From Candidatus Jorgensenbacteria bacterium GW2011_GWB1_50_10 (GTDB lineage: Bacteria; Patescibacteriota; Minisyncoccia; UBA6257; GWB1-50-10), in assembly GCA_001004105.1 (NCBI GenBank), contig LCQK01000002.1, positions 75,419 to 139,418 of the forward strand: DNA of 64,000 bases. Direction: 5' to 3'. A program made the translations under genes and the position numbers. Below, in pieces: positions 56,296 to 64,000 of the stretch. The notes beneath the pieces are model-generated. The model saw only the letters and a list, made by a program, of their open reading frames with translations, was not told the DNA's origin and made no database searches. Positions within the stretch are counted from its first letter, which is position 1, and each line of letters begins with the position of its first letter.

Positions 56296-56685
56296 TCATC
56301 GGATGACGAAGTCCGCGGCCCGGAATTCAAACTCGGCGACCCGATCGGTGGTGATCCATCGCGATTTGACTCGCGACATCAGCTCGAGCTTCGCACTCCA
56401 GACGCTCACGAACACTTCTCCCTGCTCCGTGTAATATGGGCTGGAGTAGTACTGGTTTCGCGTCTGAATACGAACCCGATACTGCCGGGTTGGCACTTCA
56501 TCGGAGAGTTTCACTTCCTGGGCCTCACCGTTTACGTAGACCGTGAGCTCGTCGTCCTGGATGATCTTCGTTACGAGCACGGTCACTTCACCACAGTTCG
56601 GTCCGAAGACCTCGCAGGGGTCGTTCCAGCACCCCGTTGCTCCGCCCGCAAGCGCGAGCAGAACGAAGAGTTTCAGCGTTTTCAT
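56296..56685 (-). CDS. Hypothetical lipoprotein (GC-rich island)
   Basis: Signal peptide with lipobox-like LAGGATGC. Confidence 0.4.
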   Translation of the reverse strand: MKTLKLFVLLALAGGATGCWNDPCEVFGPNCGEVTVLVTKIIQDDELTVYVNGEAQEVKLSDEVPTRQYRVRIQTRNQYYSSPYYTEQGEVFVSVWSAKLELMSRVKSRWITTDRVAEFEFRAADFVIR

Positions 56686-56827
56686 GCATCCTCCAAGTTG
56701 TCAAAAGGTCAGTATTCGCAGTTTCGCTATCTTTAATGTTAGCATATTTTTATCAAAATGTCAAGCAAAAGAAAAGACCGTAAGCTTGGTTGCCTGCGGT
56801 CTTCTTTCGCTCCCGCGGATGCGGGCT

Positions 56828-57250
56828 TCAGCTGAGTTTCATGGCTGTACGGTCGTCTAAGTCGATCTCGTAGACGTCGCCGTCCTCAACGGAGATTTCG
56901 TCACTGAAGTAAGCCTGCAGCAACGCTTCGAAGTGAGGGCTGTGTCCGACGAAAATAGCAGCAGGCGATTCCATGCCCTTGAGCAATGGGAACATTTCCT
57001 TCAGAAAATCGCCGAGGTAAACGGCGTCCAGCCAGCCGACGATTGCGATGCCCTGAAAACCGCAGACTTCTTTCACGACCTCCGCGGTCTGGAGCGCCCC
57101 CTGCTTAGGCGAGGAAAAGAGCGGCGTTTCCTCACCGAGACCCAATTTCTGGAGAATAGCGCCAGCTTTGTAGGCCCGCTCCCTGCCGACCCGTATGAGG
57201 TCAGCGTTAACATTATCTCTCGCTCCGGGGCGAATCGTATAAATCTTCAC
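56828..57250 (-). CDS. Histidine-phosphatase-superfamily protein (SixA-like) with RPG in place of the catalytic RHG
   Basis: IYTIRPGARDN (vs RHGEA), FVGHSPHFEAL (GHxP). Confidence 0.5.
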   Translation of the reverse strand: MKIYTIRPGARDNVNADLIRVGRERAYKAGAILQKLGLGEETPLFSSPKQGALQTAEVVKEVCGFQGIAIVGWLDAVYLGDFLKEMFPLLKGMESPAAIFVGHSPHFEALLQAYFSDEISVEDGDVYEIDLDDRTAMKLS

Positions 57251-57317
57251 TGGTAGCTCCGTAGTTAAAGGTCCGGAGAAAAAGATATAATAAAATAACT
57301 AAATTGTCAAGATATTG

Positions 57318-57388
57318 TGCGGGATACGGGAATTGAACTCGTGCCTCAACCTTGGGAAGGTCGCGTTCTGCCACTAAACTAATCCCGC
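57318..57388 (-). tRNA. tRNA-Gly (anticodon CCC)
   Basis: Reverse complement folds: acceptor GCGGGAT/ATCCCGC, D-arm GTTT-AGTGGCA-GAAC, anticodon arm CGACC-TTCCCAA-GGTTG, T-loop TTCAATT. One A:C mismatch in the T-stem. No encoded CCA. Confidence 0.65.
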
Positions 57389-57691
57389 CTATTGCCCTGT
57401 GCTTGTTGCGCCCCTGTCTGCCGGTGAGGCAGAGGGGACGATGATAATGAGCTTCTCCCCCTCTTCGCGGTAATTGAACTGGGACTTAATCTCTTTTACC
57501 AAATTGGCCGGATTCTTAAAATATTCGATTTTGGCCGCCAAATCCTTATTTTCCTCGGCGAGGGATTCAAATTCGGCCCGCACTTCTTTCACTTCATTCC
57601 CTAACTGGCTTTTTTCCTGAAGAAGTTTAAAAAGACCGAATCCGAGAACGACGAGAAGCACCAAAACAACCAATTTTCTCCCCCAGTTCAT
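57389..57691 (-). CDS. Septum-formation initiator family protein (FtsB/DivIC-like)
   Basis: Single N-terminal TM followed by coiled coil (LQEKSQLGNEVKEVRAEFESLAEENKDLAAKIEY). Confidence 0.5.
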   Translation of the reverse strand: MNWGRKLVVLVLLVVLGFGLFKLLQEKSQLGNEVKEVRAEFESLAEENKDLAAKIEYFKNPANLVKEIKSQFNYREEGEKLIIIVPSASPADRGATSTGQ

Positions 57692-57704
57692 AATAGAAAT
57701 GATA

Positions 57705-59552
57705 CTACTTTTTCAAGAGCTCGCGGAAGACCTCGGGCGAAACCCGTACTTCGGCTCTCTGCTTCAGGAGTTTTTTGCCCCGCTTCTGCTTCTGCCAAAG
57801 TTTCATTTTTCTCGTCCGGTCGCCGCCATATAAATAGCCCGTCACGTCTTTTTTCAAGGCCGGGATGTCCTCGCGGGCAATGATTCTTCCCAGGGCGCTC
57901 GCCTGGATGCTTTGGGCGAATTGTTTCCGCGGCAGGAGTTTTTTCAGCCGCTCGGTCATAAGCCGTGCCTCCCTTTCGTAAGTGCCCCTCGGGTAAAAGC
58001 GAGAGAGGCCCGGCACCGGCTCGCCCGCAAGGAGAATTTCAACCCGTACTATATCGGCCCTGACGTATTCGGCCGGTTCGTAGCTGAAAGAAGCGTAGCC
58101 CTCGGTGAGTGATTTCAATTTGTCGTCAAAATCGCTTACCAAGTCAAAAAGCGGCATTTTGGCGGTAATTTCCATTTTGTCCTGAATTAATTCAGTTTTC
58201 ACGCCGCTCATCCGAAAAATCTGCTGCAGCGGGTAAAAATCTTTTAGGAACCGCGGCGGCATTATTATTTCAACACTCACCGTCGGCTCCCAAATCTCCT
58301 CAAACTCGGCGGGTAAATCTTCCGGCTTTATTATTTCTTCAAAACCTTTCTTGGTCTTGACCCGGTACAAAACCGAAGGGAAAGTGTTCGTCGTTAAAAC
58401 ATTGAATTCCCGCTTTAATCTTTCAGCTGTAATCTCGAAATGAAGCCGACCGAGAAATCCGACTTTGAAGCCACGGCCCAAGACCGCGTTTTGGTCCGGC
58501 CCGATGGCGAGCGCCGAATCGTTGAGCTTCAGTTTTTCCAAGCTTTTGCCCAGGAGTTCGTGATCGTCGGCGTCTTCCGGGTAAAACGAAACGAAAACCA
58601 CCGGCTTCGGCTCTTTATAGCCCACAAGGGCTAAATCACTAATGCTCACTAATTTCCCACTAATCTCACTAATGCTTCCATTTGTAATATTCGTGTTCAA
58701 AAATTTGTGCTTATTAGTGATTAAGGTGTCGCCGATTTTGATTTTGTTCGGGTCCTTGATGCCAGTCGCAATGTAACCGATTTCCCCGGCGCGCAAAACT
58801 CCGCTTGGCTTGAATTGAGGCATAAAAAATCCCAGTTCTTTCATTTTCGATTCAGTCTCGGTCGCGATAAGGTGAATGGTGTCTTCTCTTTTGATTTCAC
58901 CATCAAAAACCCGAAGAGACGCCACTACGCCCTTGTGGTCGTCGTAAAAAGAATCAAAGATGAGGGCCCGGCTGACTTCGGCTGTCGGGTCGCCCAAGGG
59001 TCGCGGCACTCTTTCTATCACGGCCGCCAAAAGCTCCTCCGCGCCTTGCCCTGTTTTCCCGGAAACATAATAAATCTCTTCAAGCGGCGCCCCAACGAGC
59101 GCTGCCACGTTCTTCCTCAAATTTTCCAGTTCGCCCATCCGATTTTGAAAAATATCGATTTTGTTCACGGCACCGATGATTTTAAGGCCCGCGTTTTTCG
59201 CCGCCCGTAAATTCGCGAGTGTCTGGGCTTGTATCCCTTGGGTTGCGTCAACGAGAAGTATCGCCCCCTCCACTGCCGCGAGTGCCCGCGAAACTTCGTA
59301 GGAAAAATCGCTGTGGCCGGGAGTGTCAATCAGATTTAGGGTATAGGTTTTAGGTGATAGGTTATAGGACATGCGGACGGGGGCCATTTTAATGGTGATT
59401 CCCCGCTCCCGTTCCAGTTCCAATTGGTCCAGATACTGGGCTTTCATTTGGCGCTTCGGCACCGTCCCGGTAATTTCAAGAAACCGGTCGGCAAGCGTTG
59501 ACTTGCCGTGGTCAATGTGGGCAATAATGCAAAAATTCCGGATATCCTGCAT
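57705..59552 (-). CDS. lepA: Elongation factor 4 (LepA)
   Basis: NFCIIAHIDHGKSTLADR, LIDTPGHSDF, NKID, LepA-specific C-terminal domain. Contains a 10-bp tandem repeat insertion at 58636-58676 and heptad repeats at 59333-59368. Confidence 0.9.
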   Translation of the reverse strand: MQDIRNFCIIAHIDHGKSTLADRFLEITGTVPKRQMKAQYLDQLELERERGITIKMAPVRMSYNLSPKTYTLNLIDTPGHSDFSYEVSRALAAVEGAILLVDATQGIQAQTLANLRAAKNAGLKIIGAVNKIDIFQNRMGELENLRKNVAALVGAPLEEIYYVSGKTGQGAEELLAAVIERVPRPLGDPTAEVSRALIFDSFYDDHKGVVASLRVFDGEIKREDTIHLIATETESKMKELGFFMPQFKPSGVLRAGEIGYIATGIKDPNKIKIGDTLITNKHKFLNTNITNGSISEISGKLVSISDLALVGYKEPKPVVFVSFYPEDADDHELLGKSLEKLKLNDSALAIGPDQNAVLGRGFKVGFLGRLHFEITAERLKREFNVLTTNTFPSVLYRVKTKKGFEEIIKPEDLPAEFEEIWEPTVSVEIIMPPRFLKDFYPLQQIFRMSGVKTELIQDKMEITAKMPLFDLVSDFDDKLKSLTEGYASFSYEPAEYVRADIVRVEILLAGEPVPGLSRFYPRGTYEREARLMTERLKKLLPRKQFAQSIQASALGRIIAREDIPALKKDVTGYLYGGDRTRKMKLWQKQKRGKKLLKQRAEVRVSPEVFRELLKK

Positions 59553-59553
59553 G

Positions 59554-61701
59554 TTAATCGTTCTTTGCGAGCGTCAAATCAACGATTGTTCTTGCGTCAG
59601 GATCATTATCCTCGTAAACGAAGGCCGGTGAACCCGACTCAACCCAGTGGTAACCGATAGGCGCGCTGACCGTCACACGCAAATCATTTTGGACTCCGGA
59701 TTGGCGCTCGAATATGAACCGGAATTGACTCCCTTCGCCAAGAACGAAATTCCCCGGGCGAGGCGTCTGATAGCTCAAAGACAGAGTGCGGCTCTTGCCG
59801 GAGGGCACGTTAAACCAGGTCGCAAAAACGTTCTTGCCGAACGCTTCCATGCTCCAGGCATCATAGCCCGAGAGCGTTACCTTGGTGCTTTCAATTTTCT
59901 CCAAATCAGCATTCGTTTCGTAAGTTTTGTCATAAACCGGCTTTCCAAATTTCTTTACGTCATTGCCCTTCAATGAAACGAGCGTGGAGCCGGGATTGGC
60001 GAAAACCTGCAGATAATTCTGATTGGTCGCTCTCCACCAAGGGTCCTTTTGGGTATTGCCTTCGTGCTTCCTGGTCAATTCTAAATCGGTAAAAACGCCG
60101 CCGTCAATATCAATGTCAATTCTCACTTCAGCCGTTTCTTTAATGAAGGCGTCGCTCTTGCCGCCGGCAATGTTCGAGTTTACAACCGCGAGATAAGTTC
60201 CCCAGAAATTATTGGGCAATTCGAAAACGGAGCCGTCCAAACCGATGGATTTGAAAAACGAGGCAAGATTCGCCTCTTTCGCGTAAATCATGATGTCTTT
60301 CTTCTCAAAATGGGCTTTAACGGCATCGGCGAGCGCCACCCTTTCCGTCTCGCTGATACTTCCCAATTTTTCCAAAATAATCGGCGTAATAACGCTCAAA
60401 ATTTTCTTGGGATTCTCACCCGGCTTTTTGTCCCGGCCGATCTCCACTTCTCGCTGGATTTCCATAAGGAAATTATCGGCGCTGATTTTCAAATTATAAT
60501 CGGGAATGTCAATCGGTCCGAGAACCCGGAGGAGCGTTTCCATGACCCGAATATTCAAGGCAAAGACGGCGTCAAAAATCACGTTTTGGTCCTTATATAT
60601 TTTGGAGCTCTCAAGTATCGAAGCGACGGTGCGGGCCGAAGTTGGAAAATCGAAAAACCAATTTCCGTCCCGCGCTCCCCAATCCTTGGTCACGGCCTGG
60701 AGCGGCTCCGGCGGAATGAGTTTCAAATTAAAATTCATCGGGTGGTCAGGCCAGTAAATGTCCTGCACCTGTAAATTAACCATCTGTCCTTCTTTCACGG
60801 TTAAATCGCCGTAGCTGCCCAAGAAACCGCCGGCCGGCCGGATTTCGGCCGGGTTCTGGAAAAGCAGGAGGATGTGCTTTTCTTCCGGCGCACCGAAAAG
60901 GACGGTGAGTCCCTCCATGAATCGCTCCAAATTTCGGAGGTCAGCGCTGTATTTCAAGTATTCGCCGCCAATCATTGCTTCGGCATCAGCAAAGAAAGGC
61001 GAAACCGATTTAAGTGAGGAAGCGGAATTGCGGGCCGATTCAATCTCATGGGAGGTGTTACTCACGATGTTTTTCACTTCCACGAATTTTTGAAGGAGTT
61101 TCCTGCCGTCATTTTGGAAATAATGGAAACCGTAGAGTTCCAAATCGTAAAGTGCCTCGGAAAGCTCCAAGAAATTCAAATTCAAGGCGGTGACGTTGTT
61201 CAGGAAACCGCCGGCGTTCTTTAACGCCGGCACCACGCCGCCCAAAACGGCGAGAACCGTCTTCGTGCCCGGTTTTCCAATCAAAGCGTTCAAACCGGAA
61301 AGCTCTCTGGAGTTTTCCGCAAGCGCCGAACTCGCTTCCCCTGGCTTCAGGTCCTTCAAAAAATTCAAAGACGATACGAAATTGCTTATCACCAAACCGC
61401 TTTTTTGGAGCACCACCGTTTTAACTTCCTTTAAATTAAAGAGCGCAAGGACGGAGATGACGCCGAAAACCAAAACCAAAGAAATCAAAGACCAGCCGAT
61501 GAGTTTAATGTAAACCGGCTTTTTCAAAGGAATCCGGCGGGGCACGCGCCCTGCCTGCCCGTGCCTATTGGCAGGCAGGCGATAGGCATGGCTCAAATTC
61601 AGCTTAGGTTGTTTAACAAGAATCGCTTTGTAGTTAAAACCCGGTTTCCGGACGTCCACCAAGACCGGGTCTATATTCTTGATTGGTACTTTTTTCCTCA
61701 T
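59554..61701 (-). CDS. Large membrane-anchored protein, DUF4012-like, with N-terminal RHGQAG motif
   Basis: N-terminal cytoplasmic segment ...LPANRHGQAGR..., single TM, about 600-aa extracytoplasmic domain. Adjacent to glycosyltransferase/sugar-transferase genes. Confidence 0.45.
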   Translation of the reverse strand: MRKKVPIKNIDPVLVDVRKPGFNYKAILVKQPKLNLSHAYRLPANRHGQAGRVPRRIPLKKPVYIKLIGWSLISLVLVFGVISVLALFNLKEVKTVVLQKSGLVISNFVSSLNFLKDLKPGEASSALAENSRELSGLNALIGKPGTKTVLAVLGGVVPALKNAGGFLNNVTALNLNFLELSEALYDLELYGFHYFQNDGRKLLQKFVEVKNIVSNTSHEIESARNSASSLKSVSPFFADAEAMIGGEYLKYSADLRNLERFMEGLTVLFGAPEEKHILLLFQNPAEIRPAGGFLGSYGDLTVKEGQMVNLQVQDIYWPDHPMNFNLKLIPPEPLQAVTKDWGARDGNWFFDFPTSARTVASILESSKIYKDQNVIFDAVFALNIRVMETLLRVLGPIDIPDYNLKISADNFLMEIQREVEIGRDKKPGENPKKILSVITPIILEKLGSISETERVALADAVKAHFEKKDIMIYAKEANLASFFKSIGLDGSVFELPNNFWGTYLAVVNSNIAGGKSDAFIKETAEVRIDIDIDGGVFTDLELTRKHEGNTQKDPWWRATNQNYLQVFANPGSTLVSLKGNDVKKFGKPVYDKTYETNADLEKIESTKVTLSGYDAWSMEAFGKNVFATWFNVPSGKSRTLSLSYQTPRPGNFVLGEGSQFRFIFERQSGVQNDLRVTVSAPIGYHWVESGSPAFVYEDNDPDARTIVDLTLAKND

Positions 61702-62798
61702 ATTTCGTAGCCGGCGTTTCTTACGATTTCCCTAATTTCCTTCTTAAAAACTTCTTTTGAAAAACGCTTGGCGCGGCGGGCGATGAACTTCCGATCGAAA
61801 TGATTGGCTTCAAATTCACGGACGGCGGCGACAATCGCCGGCACCGACTGATGTTCGTTGAAAAGAATGCCCGTCGTCTTATGCTCCACGATTTCCCGAC
61901 TGCCGCCCTGATTATAGGCAATAACGGGCAAGCCGCAAGCCTGGGCCTCGGCCGCAACGAGGCCGAAGTCTTCAATCTGCGGAAAAATCAGCGCCTTGGC
62001 ACTATTGTATACTTCACGAAGTTCCTCGTCGCTCAAAAACGGAGCGAACTCTATATATTTCTGATCGGCGATTAACTTTAGTTTTCTGGCCTCGGGACCC
62101 ACGCCCACAACTTTGAGCGGTTTTTTCAAAAAATTAAAGGCCTTAATGCCTAAATCAAACCCCTTGTAATAAAGCAGGCGGCCGGCCATGAGGTAATATT
62201 CCTTTTTGCCGCTTGTTTTTGTCGGGTAGAAAACTGCCGTATCCACCGGCGGATAAACCACCTGGGAATCGCGGCCGTAATAGGAACGGATTTTATCGGC
62301 GATGTATTTGGAATTAGCGATAAAAAGATTGACGCCTTTGGCGGCTTCTTTATCCCAATTGCGCAGCCATTTGGCGACCGGATGGAGAACGTCTTTGTGA
62401 AGCGGCCAGGGCGAGAACCGGAGGTTCTTCAGATAATCGATTTCCCAGGCGTAACGGAGCGGGCTGTGGCAGTAGGAAATGTGGCAAGCGCTGCCCGTCG
62501 GTATCCCTTTCGCGTAGCCGGCCGTTGAAGAAATCACCAAATCGTAATTGTTCTTTAGCCGCAGGGCTTTGGCGGCAAACGGCATCAAAGGAATGAATGC
62601 CCGGTGCTTTTTGCGGACAAGCGGAATGTCCAAAAAGCTCGTTTTTTTGAGGTTTTCCCGGAAAAATCCGAAGGTTTTATTGTCGTCGTAGAGAAGCGTA
62701 TAGAGATCGGCTTTCGGGAAGATTTCTAAGAGCGCCATAAGTACTCTTTCGGCACCGCCAAACTGGTTCAGATAATCGTGCAAAATCGCAACTTTCAC
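61698..62798 (-). CDS. Glycosyltransferase family 4
   Basis: GT4 C-terminal block EDFGLVAAEAQACGLPVIAYNQGGSREIV. Confidence 0.8.
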   Translation of the reverse strand: MKVAILHDYLNQFGGAERVLMALLEIFPKADLYTLLYDDNKTFGFFRENLKKTSFLDIPLVRKKHRAFIPLMPFAAKALRLKNNYDLVISSTAGYAKGIPTGSACHISYCHSPLRYAWEIDYLKNLRFSPWPLHKDVLHPVAKWLRNWDKEAAKGVNLFIANSKYIADKIRSYYGRDSQVVYPPVDTAVFYPTKTSGKKEYYLMAGRLLYYKGFDLGIKAFNFLKKPLKVVGVGPEARKLKLIADQKYIEFAPFLSDEELREVYNSAKALIFPQIEDFGLVAAEAQACGLPVIAYNQGGSREIVEHKTTGILFNEHQSVPAIVAAVREFEANHFDRKFIARRAKRFSKEVFKKEIREIVRNAGYEI

Positions 62799-62834
62799 AA
62801 GTTTAATTTTAAGGCTTTTTAAGAGATAAATAAA

Positions 62835-63422
62835 CTAAACTCCGGTGGGGTCGGAGAAAAAAATCCAGACAGTCTTCGCCAAAATTTTCAAATCAAACCA
62901 AAAAGATTGGTGCTCCACGTAGTAAATGTCTAACTCCAGTTCTTTCCGAAAAGGTAAGCCGGAGGCGCCGGAAACTTGGGATAAGCCAGTGAGACCGGCT
63001 TTTACAAAATACAATCCCTTGAATTCCGTGGGGTATTTTTCCATTTCCGCCGGCTCATGCGGACGGGGCCCCACGAGTGTCAAATCGCCCCTCAAAACAT
63101 TCAGAAACTGTGGGAATTCATCTAGCCGCAGTTTCCTAAGCCATTTCCCCACTCTCGTGAGCCGCGGGTCGTTTTTAATCTTAAAAAAGGGGCCATCCTT
63201 GCGTTCATTCAATCCGGCCAAGTCGCTTTTCTTGCTGTGTGCATCCTGCACCATTGTCCGAAACTTATAAACTTTGATTATTTTTCCGTTTGAAACCCTG
63301 TCCAATCTTACGAAGACCGGCAAACCCGACTCCAAAACAATCGCCAAAGCAATAAAGGGTGTGAAAGGCAGAATAAACAAAAGACCAAAAACTGACCCTA
63401 TAATATCCGAGGTGCGTTTCAT
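62835..63422 (-). CDS. Undecaprenyl-phosphate sugar phosphotransferase (bacterial sugar transferase family, WbaP/WcaJ C-domain type)
   Basis: KRTSDIIGSVFGLLFILPF, KFRTM, LDEFPQFLNVLRGDLTLVGPRP. Confidence 0.85.
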   Translation of the reverse strand: MKRTSDIIGSVFGLLFILPFTPFIALAIVLESGLPVFVRLDRVSNGKIIKVYKFRTMVQDAHSKKSDLAGLNERKDGPFFKIKNDPRLTRVGKWLRKLRLDEFPQFLNVLRGDLTLVGPRPHEPAEMEKYPTEFKGLYFVKAGLTGLSQVSGASGLPFRKELELDIYYVEHQSFWFDLKILAKTVWIFFSDPTGV

Positions 63423-63691
63423 GCTATCTCAAAATCCTTGTAAAACTTAAGCTCATCGGAATATTCCACTTCAATCTTTGTAACCTTAGCCATTTCCGGT
63501 CCGCGGCGGCACCAGTCAATGAGTTTTTTAAGATTTTCTTCGTTACCTTCGGCTTCAATACAGACCGCGCCGTCCGGTTCATTCCTAGCAAAACCATTGA
63601 GCCCAAGCTTCAAGGCCTCCTGCCGAGCCGACTCGCGGAAAAACACTCCCTGCACTTCACCGTAAACCTTAATTGTTGCGAGTTTAACCAC
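63419..63691 (-). CDS. acyP: Acylphosphatase
   Basis: VYGEVQGVFFRESARQEALKLGLNGFARN (V-x-G-x-V-Q-G-V-x-F-R signature). Confidence 0.8.
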   Translation of the reverse strand: MVKLATIKVYGEVQGVFFRESARQEALKLGLNGFARNEPDGAVCIEAEGNEENLKKLIDWCRRGPEMAKVTKIEVEYSDELKFYKDFEIA

Positions 63692-63713
63692 AAGAATTAT
63701 TTATAAAAATTGA

Positions 63714-63737
63714 GGTGGTATACTTAAGTATACCACC
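63714..63737. repeat. Perfect 24-nt palindrome GGTGGTATACTTAAGTATACCACC (intergenic copy)
   Basis: Identical to 4955-4978 and 37019-37042. Confidence 0.85.
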
Positions 63738-63743
63738 TGATCT

Positions 63744-64000
63744 TCACGGAATTATTAGGACAAATTCGCCTCTTTTACGTTCGCCGGTGAAATGCTCCGC
63801 AGCGTCTTTTAAACTGCCTTTCCATATTTCCTCGTGAATTTTGGTGAGCTCCCGGCCGACCACGATTTCGTAATCCGGACCGAAAACTTGGGAGAGCGAG
63901 GCAAGGGCTTTAAGAACCCGGTAGGGCGACTCGTACAAAACAACCGGCCTAATTTTTAGACCCTCCAGCGAGCGAAAGAACTTTTCTCGGCCTTTCTTGT
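63744..64000 (-). CDS. rsmI: 16S rRNA (cytidine1402-2'-O)-methyltransferase RsmI, C-terminal part (gene continues beyond window)
   Basis: LYESPYRV...GRELTKIHEE...ERKRGEFVLII matches the RsmI C-terminal region. Reading frame stays open to the window edge. Confidence 0.65.
   Translation of the reverse strand, partial: KKGREKFFRSLEGLKIRPVVLYESPYRVLKALASLSQVFGPDYEIVVGRELTKIHEEIWKGSLKDAAEHFTGERKRGEFVLIIP

Overview
This 64-kb window appears to be a contiguous chromosomal segment from a small-genome bacterium (inference: Candidate Phyla Radiation/Patescibacteria-like, moderate GC of about 45-50%).

Main content, in order:
- It opens inside a 23S rRNA gene. A LAGLIDADG homing-endonuclease ORF sits in an intron-like insertion, and the 23S 3' region is divergent. 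This is followed by 5S rRNA and a terminator.
- Dense housekeeping genes come next: type II NADH dehydrogenase, pgk, RNase H, a DEAD-box helicase, gltX, dnaX, lepA, ychF, rsmI and acylphosphatase.
- A strong cell-envelope theme runs through the window: murC, murG, ftsW, mraY, a D-Ala-D-Ala carboxypeptidase, three M23 peptidases, an FtsB-like gene, scpAB, glycosyltransferases and a DUF4012-like protein.
- A complete minus-strand type IV pilus operon is present (pilB, pilC, four pseudopilins, major pilin).
- Other genes include a P-type cation ATPase, two Nudix hydrolases, two CYTH proteins, a minimal GGDEF cyclase, RNase P RNA, tRNA-Gln and tRNA-Gly.

Most interesting observations:
1. Families of perfect 16-28 nt palindromes occur at several loci. 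Some are embedded in-frame inside pgk, murC and murG with no obvious length change to the protein.
2. Three paralogous ~560-590 aa cysteine-rich proteins of unknown function lie next to a small HTH protein. Related palindromes sit exactly in their upstream/intergenic positions.
3. TNNTAGG heptad micro-repeats occur inside murC and lepA, and a 10-bp tandem repeat forms an insertion in lepA.
4. A hairpin element encoding an N-terminal 'RHGQAG' motif is duplicated in two unrelated membrane proteins.
5. There are several small high-GC ORF islands and a candidate structured sRNA.

No CRISPR array, transposase or integrase was seen.
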